From an uncultured Acidobacteriota bacterium (GTDB lineage: Bacteria > Acidobacteriota > Vicinamibacteria > Fen-336): 64,000 nucleotides of DNA. This document shows, piece after piece, positions 18,428-28,802 of this stretch (the stretch's first letter is position 1; the number at the start of each line of letters is the position of its first letter). The position numbers and the translations under genes were made by a program. Below the pieces are notes generated by a model. That model was not told the origin of the DNA, did no database searches, and saw only the letters and a list, made by a program, of their open reading frames with translations. The stretch spans positions 2,880,001 through 2,944,000 of the forward strand of contig OY970399.1 of the NCBI GenBank assembly GCA_963720545.1, read 5' to 3'.

Positions 18428-20242
18428 ATGAGGAACAGCACCAGCTGGCTGGCTGTCGCCGCCATTGCCGCAATCGCCGCAGCACCGGCGCTCGCGGTCA
18501 CTGGCAATGCCGATCAGCGTGCAGCCGCGCAGCGCGTCGCCGCCGACGTGGCACGCCTTGCGGGCGACGAGATGGAGGGCCGCCGCGCCGGCACGCGGGG
18601 CGCCGACCGCGCCGCGGCGTTCGTCGCCGCGCAGATGAAGGCCATCGGCCTCGAGCCTGGCGACGCGGGCGCCTTCGAGCAGCGCTTCTCGTTTGCCGCC
18701 GGCGTCAAGGAAGGCTCGGGCAACAATCTGGCCGTCGGCACGCGCGTCCTGAAGGCCGGCGCCGACTTCCGGCCGCTGGCGTTCTCGCTGAAGGGCGAGA
18801 GCGCCGCCGAGGCGGTGTTCGCCGGCTATGGCCTCGTCTCGGATGACAGGAAACGGGACGACTTCGCGGGCGCCGAGGTTCGTGGGCGCATCGCGATCGT
18901 GCTGCGCTACAGCCCCGACGGCCTCGACCCGCATTCGCAGTGGGGCGCCCTCGCGACCCTGCGCGCCAAGGCGGCCGCGGCGCGCGAAAAAGGCGCCACC
19001 GGCATCCTCATCGTCACCGGGCCGCGCACCAGTAACGCCAAGGACGAACTCATTTCGGGACAGGCGGACATCGGCGACATCGACGTCGGCATTCCGGCGA
19101 TGAGCGTGCTGCGCGCCGCTGTCGAGCCGCTGTTTGCGGCGGCCGGCACCACGCTCGACGGGGAACAGGCGCGCGCCGACGCGGCGGCAGGCGGCACGGC
19201 CCGACGCCTTGGCGGCACGCAGGTGGCGATGCGGGGCGACGTCACGCCGCAGCACGCCACCGGACGCAACGTCATCGGCATCCTGCGCGTTGCGGGCGCC
19301 GCACAGACGCTGGTGGTCGGCGCGCACTACGACCACCTCGGCACCGGCGCTCCCGGTTCGCTGGAACCGTCGCCGCAGGGCAAGATCCATCACGGCGCCG
19401 ACGACAACGCCTCGGGCGTGGCGGCGGTCCTCGAGCTGGCCCGCCGCCTCAGTGCCAACCGCGCTGCGCTCGCGCGCAACGTCGTGTTCGTCGCCTTCGG
19501 CGGCGAGGAGCTGGGCCTGCTCGGCTCGGCCTACTTCGTGCGGCACCCGCCGCTGCCGCTCGCGCGCGTCACCGCCATGGTCAACCTCGACATGGTGGGC
19601 CGGCTCCACGAGGACACCGTTGACGTGCACGGCATGGGCACGAGCCCCGCGTGGCCGGGCCTGGTGGAGCCCGCCGCCGCGGCCGCGGGCATCAAGCTGC
19701 GCGAGCACCAGGGCGGGTTCGGCCCGTCCGACCACAGCTCGTTCTACGCAGCCGGAAAGCCGGTCCTGTTCTTTTTCACGGGCAACCATGCCGACTACCA
19801 TCGCGCCTCGGACACCGCCGAGAAGGTGAACTCGGACGGCATCGTCAGGTTGTTGAACGTCCTGGAGCCGGTGATTCGGGGTGCGGCGAAGGAATCGACT
19901 CTGGTAGCCTTCAGCGCTGTGAGTGGCGACCAGCAGCAGCCGCAAGGCGGCGCGACCCAGGGGTTCAAGGTGTGGGTCGGCGGCATTCCCGATTACAGCG
20001 CCCCGGGACCGGGCGTCACGTTCTCCGGCGTCTCGCCCGGATCGCCTGCCGAGAAGGCCGGGGTCCACGGCGGTGACATCCTCGTCAGGTTCAAGGGCAA
20101 GGACATCCGCGACATCTACGAGTACACGGCGGCGCTCGGCGACGCGAAGCCCGGCGAAACTGTCACGCTCGTGCTGAAGCGCGGGGGAAGCGAACTCTCC
20201 CTCGACCTGACCCTGGTGGAGCGTCCCAGCCCCGGGCGCTAG
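18428..20242 (+). CDS. M28 family metallopeptidase with PA and PDZ domains
   Basis: GAHYDHLG, GADDNASG, GEELGLLGS, NLDMVG, SDH, DYH; C-terminal GSPAEKAG PDZ; signal peptide. Confidence 0.92.
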   Translation: MRNSTSWLAVAAIAAIAAAPALAVTGNADQRAAAQRVAADVARLAGDEMEGRRAGTRGADRAAAFVAAQMKAIGLEPGDAGAFEQRFSFAAGVKEGSGNNLAVGTRVLKAGADFRPLAFSLKGESAAEAVFAGYGLVSDDRKRDDFAGAEVRGRIAIVLRYSPDGLDPHSQWGALATLRAKAAAAREKGATGILIVTGPRTSNAKDELISGQADIGDIDVGIPAMSVLRAAVEPLFAAAGTTLDGEQARADAAAGGTARRLGGTQVAMRGDVTPQHATGRNVIGILRVAGAAQTLVVGAHYDHLGTGAPGSLEPSPQGKIHHGADDNASGVAAVLELARRLSANRAALARNVVFVAFGGEELGLLGSAYFVRHPPLPLARVTAMVNLDMVGRLHEDTVDVHGMGTSPAWPGLVEPAAAAAGIKLREHQGGFGPSDHSSFYAAGKPVLFFFTGNHADYHRASDTAEKVNSDGIVRLLNVLEPVIRGAAKESTLVAFSAVSGDQQQPQGGATQGFKVWVGGIPDYSAPGPGVTFSGVSPGSPAEKAGVHGGDILVRFKGKDIRDIYEYTAALGDAKPGETVTLVLKRGGSELSLDLTLVERPSPGR

Positions 20243-20245
20243 CCG

Positions 20246-21220
20246 TCAGCAGTCGAGATCGACCTCGACTCCGAGCCCGCGTTCCGCGGCACGGCGCGCC
20301 ACCAGGGCGCCAAGCGCCAGGTCCTGGATCGCAAGGCCGACGCTCTTGAAGACGGTGGTCTCGTCGGGCGCCTGGCGCGCGAGGCGCGTGCCGATGAGCA
20401 CCTCGCCCAGCTCGGCCAGCTCGCGCCATTCGTAGTAGCCGGCGTTGACGCCGCGCAGCAAGTCGCCGGCCTCCGCTTCGGCCGCCGCGCGCGAATCGAC
20501 CACGATGCGGGCCTGCTGCAGCAGCTCGACCGGCAGCTCGCCCATGTCGAGGCGGAAGCTGCCGATGCCGTTGACGTGCACGCCGGGCGCAAGGTCGCTG
20601 GCGGCGAACACCGGCTGGTGCGATGTCGTCGCCGCGCACACGATGTCGGCACCGGCGACCGCATCGGCGGCGCTTTGTGCGGGGACCACGTCGCAGCCGA
20701 GATGGCGGGCTGCGTCGGCGGCGAACGCGCGGCGGTGGGCGCCGTCGCGGCAGAAGACCCGCACCTCGCCCAACTCGCGCACCCGCGCGATGGCCGCGAT
20801 CGCGTGGCGCGCCTGGAAGCCGGCACCGAGCACTCCGAGGCATGCGGCATCGGGCCGCGCCAGCACCTCGGTCGCGACCGCCACGGCCGCGGCGGTGCGC
20901 AAGGCGGTGAGCAGGCCCGCCTCGACGACGGCGAGCGGCGTGCCGGTCTCGGCGTCCAGGACGTGCAGCAGGCCGGTGGTGGTGCGCAGGCCGCGCGCCG
21001 CGTTGTCGGGATGCACCGACACCACCTTCACCACGGTTGCGCCGACCGCAGTGGAGCCCGCCGGCATGACGAGCGTGGTGCCGAAGGACGAGGCGATCGC
21101 CGTGCGCGCCGGGGCCGTCGCCTCGCCGCGCGCGGCCGCGGCGAACACGTCGCGCACGGCCGCGATCGCCTCGTCGAGGGACACGCAGGACGAGACGTCG
21201 GATCGCGAAAGGAGCCGCAC
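20246..21220 (-). CDS. Ornithine cyclodeaminase / mu-crystallin family protein
   Basis: VKVVSVHPDN, LTALRTAA, GAGFQA, GVHVNGIGS, FKSVGLAIQD. Confidence 0.9.
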   Translation of the reverse strand: MRLLSRSDVSSCVSLDEAIAAVRDVFAAAARGEATAPARTAIASSFGTTLVMPAGSTAVGATVVKVVSVHPDNAARGLRTTTGLLHVLDAETGTPLAVVEAGLLTALRTAAAVAVATEVLARPDAACLGVLGAGFQARHAIAAIARVRELGEVRVFCRDGAHRRAFAADAARHLGCDVVPAQSAADAVAGADIVCAATTSHQPVFAASDLAPGVHVNGIGSFRLDMGELPVELLQQARIVVDSRAAAEAEAGDLLRGVNAGYYEWRELAELGEVLIGTRLARQAPDETTVFKSVGLAIQDLALGALVARRAAERGLGVEVDLDC

Positions 21221-21253
21221 GGAATCCCGATGTTACGTGTTACTTTCTTAACC

Positions 21254-21775
21254 ATGAAGACACCGACACCGAAACTCATTGCAGTACTGTCTCTTGCCCT
21301 GGCGCCCTTGGCCCAGGCCGCGGAACCGCTCAAGGTCGGCGACACCGCACCGGCCTTCTCCCTGCCCTCCTCGCAAGGCAAGACCGTGTCGCTCGCGGAC
21401 TTCGCCGGCAAGCAGACGCTGGTGGTCGCCTTCTTCCCGAAGGCCTTCACCGGCGGCTGCACCAAGGAGATGACCTCGTACGGCGAACAGTTCAAGAGCT
21501 TCACCGCCGAGGGCGCCCATGTGGTGGGCGTCTCGATGGACAACCTCGATGAGCAGACGAAGTTCGCGCAGAGCCTCAAGCTGCCGTTCGACCTGCTCTC
21601 CGACGAGAAGGGAGTCGCGGCGGAGGCCTACGGCGTCAAGAGCGACAAGGGCCCCTACGCCAACCGCGTCACCTTCGTGGTGGACAAGGGCGGCAAGATC
21701 ACCGAGGTGATTTCCGGCGCCAATGCCATCGACCCCGCGGGCTCGCTGCAGGCGTGCAAGCGCAAGACCTCCTGA
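21254..21775 (+). CDS. Peroxiredoxin (BCP/PrxQ-like) with signal peptide
   Basis: GDTAPAFSL, FFPKAFTGGCTKE (PxxxTxxC), LLSD, RVTFVVDKGG. Confidence 0.9.
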   Translation: MKTPTPKLIAVLSLALAPLAQAAEPLKVGDTAPAFSLPSSQGKTVSLADFAGKQTLVVAFFPKAFTGGCTKEMTSYGEQFKSFTAEGAHVVGVSMDNLDEQTKFAQSLKLPFDLLSDEKGVAAEAYGVKSDKGPYANRVTFVVDKGGKITEVISGANAIDPAGSLQACKRKTS

Positions 21776-21784
21776 GCCCTTCGC

Positions 21785-22192
21785 TTGGTCACGGCGCCGA
21801 CGGTTGTCGACCTCACCTGGGAGGGTGAGCTCCGCTTCGCCGCGAAGAGCGGCGCCGCGGCGCTGACGCTCGACAGCGCGGGGCAGGCGGGCCCGTCGCC
21901 GGTGCAGGCGCTGGCGGCGGCGCTCGGCGGCTGCATGGGCATGGACGTGGTCCACATCCTCGCCAAGTCGCGGCTGCCAGTCACCGGCGTGCGCGCCCAC
22001 CTGGTCGCGGAGCGCGCGCCGGACGAGCCGCGGCGAGTCCTCGCCGTGGACCTGGCCTTCGTGGTCACTGGCGACGTGCCCGCCGACAAGGTGGAGCGCG
22101 CCATCGCCTTGTCGCGCGAGAAATACTGCTCGGTCTGGGCGAGCCTCAACCCCGACATCCGCTTCAACACCAGCTTCACCGTCGAGGCTTGA
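21785..22192 (+). CDS. OsmC family protein
   Basis: GPSPVQ...LGGCMGMDV...KYCSV. Confidence 0.88.
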   Translation: MVTAPTVVDLTWEGELRFAAKSGAAALTLDSAGQAGPSPVQALAAALGGCMGMDVVHILAKSRLPVTGVRAHLVAERAPDEPRRVLAVDLAFVVTGDVPADKVERAIALSREKYCSVWASLNPDIRFNTSFTVEA

Positions 22193-22223
22193 CCACCACC
22201 GACTGAGCGGCATAGCGTTCGTC

Positions 22224-23738
22224 ATGCGAACGCGGCGATATTTCATCCAGACGGTGGTGATGGGCGCCGCGGGGGCAACGGCCGCGGCCTGCCGCGACCA
22301 GCCGAAGAGCGCCGCAGCGACGGCGCCGAGCACTGCCCCGGGACCGCTGCCTCGCTCGCTCGACGGCGAGGGTTTCGAGATCTGCCACGCCGTTCGCGAC
22401 GGCGGCACCTATGCGAGCGCAGCGCCGACTGCGTCCCACGACGTCGTGATCGTCGGCGGCGGGCCGAGCGGCATGATGGCGGCCTGGCGGCTGCGCGACC
22501 GCGACGTGCTGCTGCTCGAGAAAGAGCCGCGCTTCGGCGGCAACTGCGTCCTCGACGAGTGGCAGGGCGTGCGCATGTCCACCGGCGGCGCCTTCTACAC
22601 CGAGGCGGAAGCGCCGCTCATCGCGCTCTTCAAGGAAGCCGGCATCGAGGGCATGCCGGTGACCGGCGGCGACAGCCTGGTCATCGGCGGTGTGCCGACG
22701 GTGGACTTCTTCCGCGACGGCGCCGCGAAGCTGCCGTTCTCGCAGAAGATCCGCGACGACTTCCGCCGCTCGCACGACGACCTGTCCGCGATGTACAAGA
22801 CGCGCCCCGCGGCCGAGCTCGACGCGCTGTCGTTCGCCGAGCTGCTGAAGCCGTACGACCCTATCGTCACGAAGTTCTGGGACCGTTTCGGCCCCTCCAA
22901 CTGGGGCGGCGACGCGAGGAGCACCTCCGGCTACATCGGCGCCGAGGCGTACACCTGGGCGGGCGGCGTCTCCGACCCGCGCTGGACGTTCCCCGGCGGG
23001 CTGTCGGGCGGAGCCACCAAGCTCGCGGAGAAGCTCTTGCCGATCCTCGGCGACCGCATGAAGAAGGGCGTCGCGGTTTACCGGGTGGAGCGCGAGGCGA
23101 AGGGCAGGGGCGCGGTGGTGCGCTACCTCGAGAATGGCGAGCCACGCGCGGTGCGCGCGCGCGCCGTGATCCTCGCGATCCCGAAGTACTTCACGATGCA
23201 CATCGTGCCCGGCCTGCCGAAGGCGCAGGTGGACGCGATGCGGGCCACGCGCTACGCGCCGTTTCCGGTGTTCAACGTGTGCATGAACAGCGTTGGTCCT
23301 GAGCCCGCGTACGACAACTGGTTCCTCGACACGCCGTTCACCGACTTCATCCCCGCCGAATGGATCCTGTCGGCGGGCAGGGGCCCGAAGGACCGCAAGA
23401 CGGCGCTCACCGTCTACCACCCGCTCGCCGAGAACATGCGCGGCCTGCTGCTCGCGGACGATTCGGTGCTGGAACTGGTGGACGGCGTCGCGGCGGGGCT
23501 CGAGAAGCATTTCCCCGGCACCGTCGCGAAGATCGCCGAGGTGCGCGTCTTCCGCCGTGGCCACCCGATGTTCATCCCCACGCCGGGGCGCCAGGCGCAG
23601 CTCGAAACGATCGCTGCGCCATTCGGCCCGATCCAGTTCGCGCACACCGACGCGCACACGCTGCCGTCCTTCTGGGGCGGCCTGATCGCCGCCGACAAGG
23701 CGGTCGCGCACGTGCGCGACACGCTCGCCAAGTCGTAG
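22224..23738 (+). CDS. Tat-exported (lipo)protein, flavin amine-oxidase-like FAD oxidoreductase
   Basis: TRRYF twin-arginine motif and AAAC lipobox-like site; IVGGGPSG...LLEKEPRFGG dinucleotide-binding motif. Confidence 0.8.
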   Translation: MRTRRYFIQTVVMGAAGATAAACRDQPKSAAATAPSTAPGPLPRSLDGEGFEICHAVRDGGTYASAAPTASHDVVIVGGGPSGMMAAWRLRDRDVLLLEKEPRFGGNCVLDEWQGVRMSTGGAFYTEAEAPLIALFKEAGIEGMPVTGGDSLVIGGVPTVDFFRDGAAKLPFSQKIRDDFRRSHDDLSAMYKTRPAAELDALSFAELLKPYDPIVTKFWDRFGPSNWGGDARSTSGYIGAEAYTWAGGVSDPRWTFPGGLSGGATKLAEKLLPILGDRMKKGVAVYRVEREAKGRGAVVRYLENGEPRAVRARAVILAIPKYFTMHIVPGLPKAQVDAMRATRYAPFPVFNVCMNSVGPEPAYDNWFLDTPFTDFIPAEWILSAGRGPKDRKTALTVYHPLAENMRGLLLADDSVLELVDGVAAGLEKHFPGTVAKIAEVRVFRRGHPMFIPTPGRQAQLETIAAPFGPIQFAHTDAHTLPSFWGGLIAADKAVAHVRDTLAKS

Positions 23739-23741
23739 TTC

Positions 23742-25160
23742 TTAGGAGTTCGCCGGCCGCGACATTGCGATGAGCGCGCCGGGCACCACGATCGCGAGCA
23801 CCGAGGCGAGCGTCAGCCAGCTCGTGAGCACGTCGGCCGGCCGTGGCCAGCAGAGGTTCACGATCATCGCGACGCCGTAGGCGAGCGCCAGCCCCGCGAC
23901 CACGGTGCCGAAGCGGCCGAGGCTGAAGGCGCCTTGCGGCCGCCAGCCGCGCGCGCCGGCGATGAGGCGCCCGAGCACCACCGCCTGGAACGACAGGTAG
24001 ATGCCGGCGACCGCGTACGAACCGAGGAGCGCATTGGCGTTGACACCCTTCACCTGCACGTAGGTGAGGCCGGTGACCAGGGCGCCGACCGCGGCGGTGA
24101 ACAGGATGGCGTTGCCGGGTACGCCGTGCGACGAGACCGCCATGAGCCAGGGCGAGCCGGGCACCGCCTTGTCGCGCGCGTAGGAAAAGATGAGGCGCGC
24201 GCCTGCCGCCTGCACCGCGGCGGCGCACGAGAAGTAGGCGAACACCACGAGCACCAGGATCAGCGCGCGCCAGCCCGGGCCGAAGCGTTCGCCGAGGATG
24301 AAGGGGATCGTCTGCGCCGGATCGGCGGCGGCCGCGGCGAGGTCGCTCGTGCCGAGAATGAGCGCCGTCTCAACCAGCAGCGTCACGAACGCCGCGCCGA
24401 TCAGCGACGTGATCATCGCCCGCGGCACTTGCTTGCCGGGGTCCACAACCTCCTCCGCGACATCGGCCGCCGACTCGAAGCCGTAAAAGATCCAGGCCAT
24501 CGCCAGGGTCGAGGCGAAGAATGCGGGCAGGTACGAGGAGCCGGAGGGCGCCGCGGTGGTGAACAACGTGGCGAGCGGCTGGCGCGTGCCGCTCCAGAAG
24601 ATGACTCCGGCGATCACCAGGGTCGCGATCACCTCGACCGCGATGCCGGCGGAGGTGATGAAGGCGGTGCCCTTCACGCCGAAGTAGTTGAAAGCGGTGT
24701 GCGCCAGCAGCAGTGCGACGGCGATCCAAACCAGCACCGCCCGGTCGCTCGACAGGCCGAGGAGCGACGCGACGTAGGGCGCCGCGCCGAAGTCCACGGC
24801 CGCGATGGTGACGACCAGCGCCCAGCCGTAGGTCCAGCCGACGAACCAGCCGTAGCGCGGCCCCACCAGCCGCCGCGCCCACTGGTAGAGCGCGCCGGCG
24901 AGCGGGTAGCTCGCGGCCACCTCGCTGAAGGTGAGCGCCACCAGCAGCTGGCCGCCAACCACGATGGGCAGGCCCCAGATGAACGCCGGGCCGCCGGTGG
25001 CCAGGCCGTAGCCGAACAGGGTGTAGACGCCGACGACCGGGGAGATGTAGCAGAAGGCGATGCCGAAGCTCGCGAGCAGCCCGAGGGTGCGTTTCAGCTC
25101 CTGGGCGTAGCCGAACTTCGCGAGGCTGTCGGCGTCGGCTGACGTCCTGGTATCGCTCAT
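23742..25160 (-). CDS. APC-superfamily amino acid/polyamine permease
   Basis: GYAQELKR, SYPLAGALYQW, YGFESAADVAEE; about 12 TM helices. Confidence 0.92.
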   Translation of the reverse strand: MSDTRTSADADSLAKFGYAQELKRTLGLLASFGIAFCYISPVVGVYTLFGYGLATGGPAFIWGLPIVVGGQLLVALTFSEVAASYPLAGALYQWARRLVGPRYGWFVGWTYGWALVVTIAAVDFGAAPYVASLLGLSSDRAVLVWIAVALLLAHTAFNYFGVKGTAFITSAGIAVEVIATLVIAGVIFWSGTRQPLATLFTTAAPSGSSYLPAFFASTLAMAWIFYGFESAADVAEEVVDPGKQVPRAMITSLIGAAFVTLLVETALILGTSDLAAAAADPAQTIPFILGERFGPGWRALILVLVVFAYFSCAAAVQAAGARLIFSYARDKAVPGSPWLMAVSSHGVPGNAILFTAAVGALVTGLTYVQVKGVNANALLGSYAVAGIYLSFQAVVLGRLIAGARGWRPQGAFSLGRFGTVVAGLALAYGVAMIVNLCWPRPADVLTSWLTLASVLAIVVPGALIAMSRPANS

Positions 25161-25225
25161 GGCGGTCTTGCCCCCGGCGCAGATGCTAAGGTTCTCCAGA
25201 GTCCTCGTCCAACAGGAGCGTGGTC

Positions 25226-25711
25226 ATGCGCAGGCGTAGCGCCCTCACCAGTCTCGGAGCCGCGGCGGCCGCCTTGGCAGCGCCGCGCAGCGCGCCCGCG
25301 GACGACGCCGGTTCCAAGGTCGCCGCGCAGGCGGTGCTCGACCGCTTCCTGCGCGCCTGGGAAAACCTCGACCTCGAGGCCATGGCCCCGACGCTGGCAG
25401 CCGACACGACCTTCTTCTTTCCGGCGCCCATGCCCTCCGAACGCTTCGCCGGGCGCGATGCCGTCCTGGCGCGCTTCGCGGTGACCGCCGCCAACTTGCG
25501 CAAGGCCTCGAACCGCACCACGCCGCCTTTCCAGAGCTTCGTTCCCGAGGACCTGCGGGTGGAGCAGCTCGGCGCCGATGTCGTGCTCTTCACCTTCCAC
25601 CTGCGCAACGACGAGCGCTTCGCGCGGCGTAGCTTCGTCCTCGGCCGCGGCGATGACGGGTGGAGCATCGTCCATGCGCACGGGTCGAACGTGCCGCGGG
25701 CGCGCGCATGA
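25226..25711 (+). CDS. NTF2/SnoaL-like protein with Tat-like signal
   Basis: MRRRSAL...; FLRAWENLD...GRDAV...WSIVHAHGS. Confidence 0.7.
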   Translation: MRRRSALTSLGAAAAALAAPRSAPADDAGSKVAAQAVLDRFLRAWENLDLEAMAPTLAADTTFFFPAPMPSERFAGRDAVLARFAVTAANLRKASNRTTPPFQSFVPEDLRVEQLGADVVLFTFHLRNDERFARRSFVLGRGDDGWSIVHAHGSNVPRARA

Positions 25712-26454
25712 CCGCGATTCGCCTGTTTGGCCCGCTGCTTGGCGGCCACAAGGGCCCCGCGGTGCTGGTGCCGTTCGATCCGGCGGAACGCTGGGGCATC
25801 GAGGAAACGACGCTCGGACCTGGCCGGCGCGGGTTCCGGGTCCGCGCCAGCATCAAGAAGATCCCGTTCGACAGCGCCATCGTCTCGCGCCTGCGCCGCA
25901 ACTACCTGACGATCGACAAGTCGATCGTCGCCGAGGCCGGCTGCGTCGCGGGCAAGGACGTCGAGATCTTCGTCGAGCCGATGCGAGGGCCGGTGGCCGC
26001 GAAGGTGTCGCCCACCCGGCAGCTCGGCGAGTTCATCGCCCGCTTCACGCCGGAGATCGCAGCGCTGGCGCGCAAGGCGGTCGCGAAGATGCGGCGGCGT
26101 CTGCCGGGCGCGCACGTCCTCGTCTACGACAACTACAACGCGCTGGCCGTCGGCTTCGGCCCGTCCGAACGCACTTCGGAGGCGCTGCTCTCAATCGCCG
26201 TGTTCCCGAACGCGGTGGCGCTCTGCTTCGTCTGGGGCGTGCGCCTCGACGACCCGGAGCAGCTGCTGCGCGGCGAAGGCACCCAGGTGCGCACGCTGCG
26301 CCTCGAGAAGGCGAGCGACCTCGACAAGCCGGCCGTTGTCGCGCTCATCGAACAGGCGCAGGAACTCGCCGACCATAAGGTTCCGGCCGGCGTGCGCGGC
26401 CAGCTGATCATCAAGTCGGTGTCCGCCCGGCAGCGTCCGCGGCGCCCCGAGTAA
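25708..26454 (+). CDS. Putative DUF1905 + DUF1801-like two-domain protein
   Basis: ATGA overlap; N-terminal VPFDP..WG...VRASI pattern; C-terminal LPGAHVLVYDNYNAL...LLRGEGTQVR. Confidence 0.55.
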   Translation: MTAIRLFGPLLGGHKGPAVLVPFDPAERWGIEETTLGPGRRGFRVRASIKKIPFDSAIVSRLRRNYLTIDKSIVAEAGCVAGKDVEIFVEPMRGPVAAKVSPTRQLGEFIARFTPEIAALARKAVAKMRRRLPGAHVLVYDNYNALAVGFGPSERTSEALLSIAVFPNAVALCFVWGVRLDDPEQLLRGEGTQVRTLRLEKASDLDKPAVVALIEQAQELADHKVPAGVRGQLIIKSVSARQRPRRPE

Positions 26455-26462
26455 GCAGGGCG

Positions 26463-27008
26463 TTGGCGCGCTTCGTCGGCCTGCTTCGCGGCGTGAACGT
26501 GGGCGGCAATCGCATGGTCGCAATGGCCGACCTGCGCGACTGCTGCACCAGGCTCGGCCTGAAGGACCCGGCGACGCTGCTGCAAAGCGGCAACCTGGTG
26601 TTCGAAGGCGGTGCTTCGAAGCCGGCGGCGCTCGAGAAGCGGCTGGAGACGGGCGTGCGCGAGCGCTTCGGTTTCGACGTCGACTTCATGGTGCGCACCA
26701 GCGCCGAATGGACAGCCATCATCGCCGGCAATCCGTTCAGGAAGGAGGCGCTGGCGGATCCGGCCCACCTCCTGGTGTTCGCCTTCAAGGCGGAGCCGGC
26801 CCCGGCGGCGGTCGCCGCTGTGAGCGAGGCGGGCAAGTTCGCCGAACAGATACGCCAGCGCGGCCGCGAGTTGTACGTCACGTTCCCCAACGGGATAGGG
26901 AGGTCGGCGCTCTCGACGGCTGCGGCCTGGCGCAAGCTCACGGCCGCCGGCACCGCCCGCAACTGGAACACCGTGCTGAAGCTCGCGGCGCTCGTGGCAG
27001 GTGCCTGA
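26463..27008 (+). CDS. DUF1697 family protein
   Basis: LLRGVNVGG, QSGNLVF, TARNWNTV. Confidence 0.9.
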   Translation: MARFVGLLRGVNVGGNRMVAMADLRDCCTRLGLKDPATLLQSGNLVFEGGASKPAALEKRLETGVRERFGFDVDFMVRTSAEWTAIIAGNPFRKEALADPAHLLVFAFKAEPAPAAVAAVSEAGKFAEQIRQRGRELYVTFPNGIGRSALSTAAAWRKLTAAGTARNWNTVLKLAALVAGA

Positions 27009-27094
27009 ACGGCAGCGCTCGCTATTTGCTATCGTGTGCAGCCGCCGCTGCCTGGGCAGTGGCACTCCCTGATCTCAGGAGGGACGCCGCAACG

Positions 27095-27820
27095 ATGAGC
27101 ATGGCCGCCGTGAAAGGCGTGATCCGCCGCCGGATACTGGTCAACTACCGCGTCGATCCCTGCACCATCCAGGCGGTGCTGCCTCGCCGCTTCCGCCCGA
27201 GGCTGCACAAGGAGCGCGCGATCTGCGGCATCTGCCTCATTCGCCTCGAGCACGTCCGGCCGCGCGGCCTGCCGGCCTTCGTCGGCGTCGCCAGTGAAAA
27301 CGCCGCGCACCGCATCGCGGTCGAATGGACCGACGACAATGGCACGATGCGCCAGGGCGTGTTCGTGCCGCGGCGCGACACCGATTCGCGCCTCAACCGT
27401 TTCGCCGGCGGCCGCCTGTTTCCCGGCCTCCACAACCCCGCGACATTCGACGTCCGCGAAAGCGCCGAGAGCATCGACCTGACGATGGTCTCGAACGACG
27501 GCAAGGTGGCGGTGCGGGTGAAGGGCACGGTTGCCGACCAGCTCGGACCGACGTCCGGGTTCGAGTCGCTCGACGACGCCGCGCGCTTTTTTGCGGCGGG
27601 CTGCTTCGGCTATTCGCCGAGCGCCGATCCGCATCGCCTCGAAGGCGTCGAGGTGCGCACCCACGGCTTCAACCTCGCATCCCTCGACGTCGAGAGCGCC
27701 ATCTCCACCTTCTTCGCGAACCCGATGCGCTTCCCGCCGGAAAGCATGTCGTTCGACAGCGCGCTCATCATGCGCAACCTGGAGCACGAGTGGGTGCGCA
27801 CCGGGGATATGCGCGTCTGA
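27095..27820 (+). CDS. DUF2071 family protein
   Basis: GVIRRRILVNYRVDP, GICLIRL, SENAAHRIAVEW. Confidence 0.75.
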   Translation: MSMAAVKGVIRRRILVNYRVDPCTIQAVLPRRFRPRLHKERAICGICLIRLEHVRPRGLPAFVGVASENAAHRIAVEWTDDNGTMRQGVFVPRRDTDSRLNRFAGGRLFPGLHNPATFDVRESAESIDLTMVSNDGKVAVRVKGTVADQLGPTSGFESLDDAARFFAAGCFGYSPSADPHRLEGVEVRTHGFNLASLDVESAISTFFANPMRFPPESMSFDSALIMRNLEHEWVRTGDMRV

Positions 27821-27856
27821 GCCCCGTGCCACCGCCGAGGGAACGAAACTCGCGCG

Positions 27857-28690
27857 TTAAGCGAGCTTAGACAGCCGTTCGATGCGCTCTTCGAGTGGCG
27901 GGTGGGTGCTGAAGAGGCCCATCAGCGAGCGGCCGCGCAGCGGGTTGACGATGAAGAGGTGCGCGGTGGCCTGGGTTGCGCCCTGCAGCGGGCGCTGGGT
28001 GGAAGCGGCCTGCAGCTTGCGCAGCGCGGCCATCAGTCCCTGCGGGTAGCCGACGAGGCGCGCGCCGCTCTGGTCGGCGTTGTACTCGCGCGAGCGGCTC
28101 ACCGCCATCTGCACCATCAGGGCCGCGATCGGCGCGAGGATCATGGTGGCGATGGCGACGAGCGGGTTGCCGCCGCGATTGTCGTCGCGGCCGCCGCCGC
28201 CGAAGTACAGGCCGAAGTGGGCGATGTAGCTGATGGCGCCGGCGATGGTCGCGGCGATCGTGGAGATGAGCGTGTCGCGGTTCAGCACATGCGACAGCTC
28301 GTGTGCGAGGACGCCTTCGAGTTCTTCGGGGTTCAGCGCCCGCAGGATGCCTTCGGTCGCGGCCACGGCCGCGTGCTTCGGGCTGCGGCCGGTGGCGAAC
28401 GCGTTGAGGGCTGGATCGGGCAGGACGTAGAGCGCCGGCATCGGGATCTCCGCCTTGCGTGCCAGGCGCTCGACGATCGCGTAGAGCTGCGGCGCCTGCG
28501 CCTGGGTCACGGGCTGTGCGCGGTAAGCCTTGAGGACGATCTTGTCGCTCCAGAAGAACGACACGAAATTCATCAGGCCGGCCATGACCAGCGCGGCCAG
28601 CATGCCCCGCTCGCCGCCCAGGCTGTACCCGATGGCGAGGAAGATTCCCGTCAGGATGCCCAGCAGCAGCGTCGTCTTCACCATGTTCAT
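27857..28690 (-). CDS. htpX: Zinc metalloprotease HtpX (M48)
   Basis: NAFATGR, AHELSH (HExxH), SRSREYNAD, FSTHPP. Confidence 0.95.
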   Translation of the reverse strand: MNMVKTTLLLGILTGIFLAIGYSLGGERGMLAALVMAGLMNFVSFFWSDKIVLKAYRAQPVTQAQAPQLYAIVERLARKAEIPMPALYVLPDPALNAFATGRSPKHAAVAATEGILRALNPEELEGVLAHELSHVLNRDTLISTIAATIAGAISYIAHFGLYFGGGGRDDNRGGNPLVAIATMILAPIAALMVQMAVSRSREYNADQSGARLVGYPQGLMAALRKLQAASTQRPLQGATQATAHLFIVNPLRGRSLMGLFSTHPPLEERIERLSKLA

Positions 28691-28802
28691 GACAGCCTCA
28701 CCGTCCGCGATATTCCTTTTTTGAGGGTACACTGACGGCCATCGACGGACAACAGGCGCAGGGCCGAGGTGTCCTTAACTAGAAGCAACGAAAGGTATTG
28801 CC

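Noticed and set aside
21430..21470. Possible selenocysteine peroxiredoxin
   Set aside because: The peroxidatic position is a normal TGC (Cys); there is no in-frame TGA.
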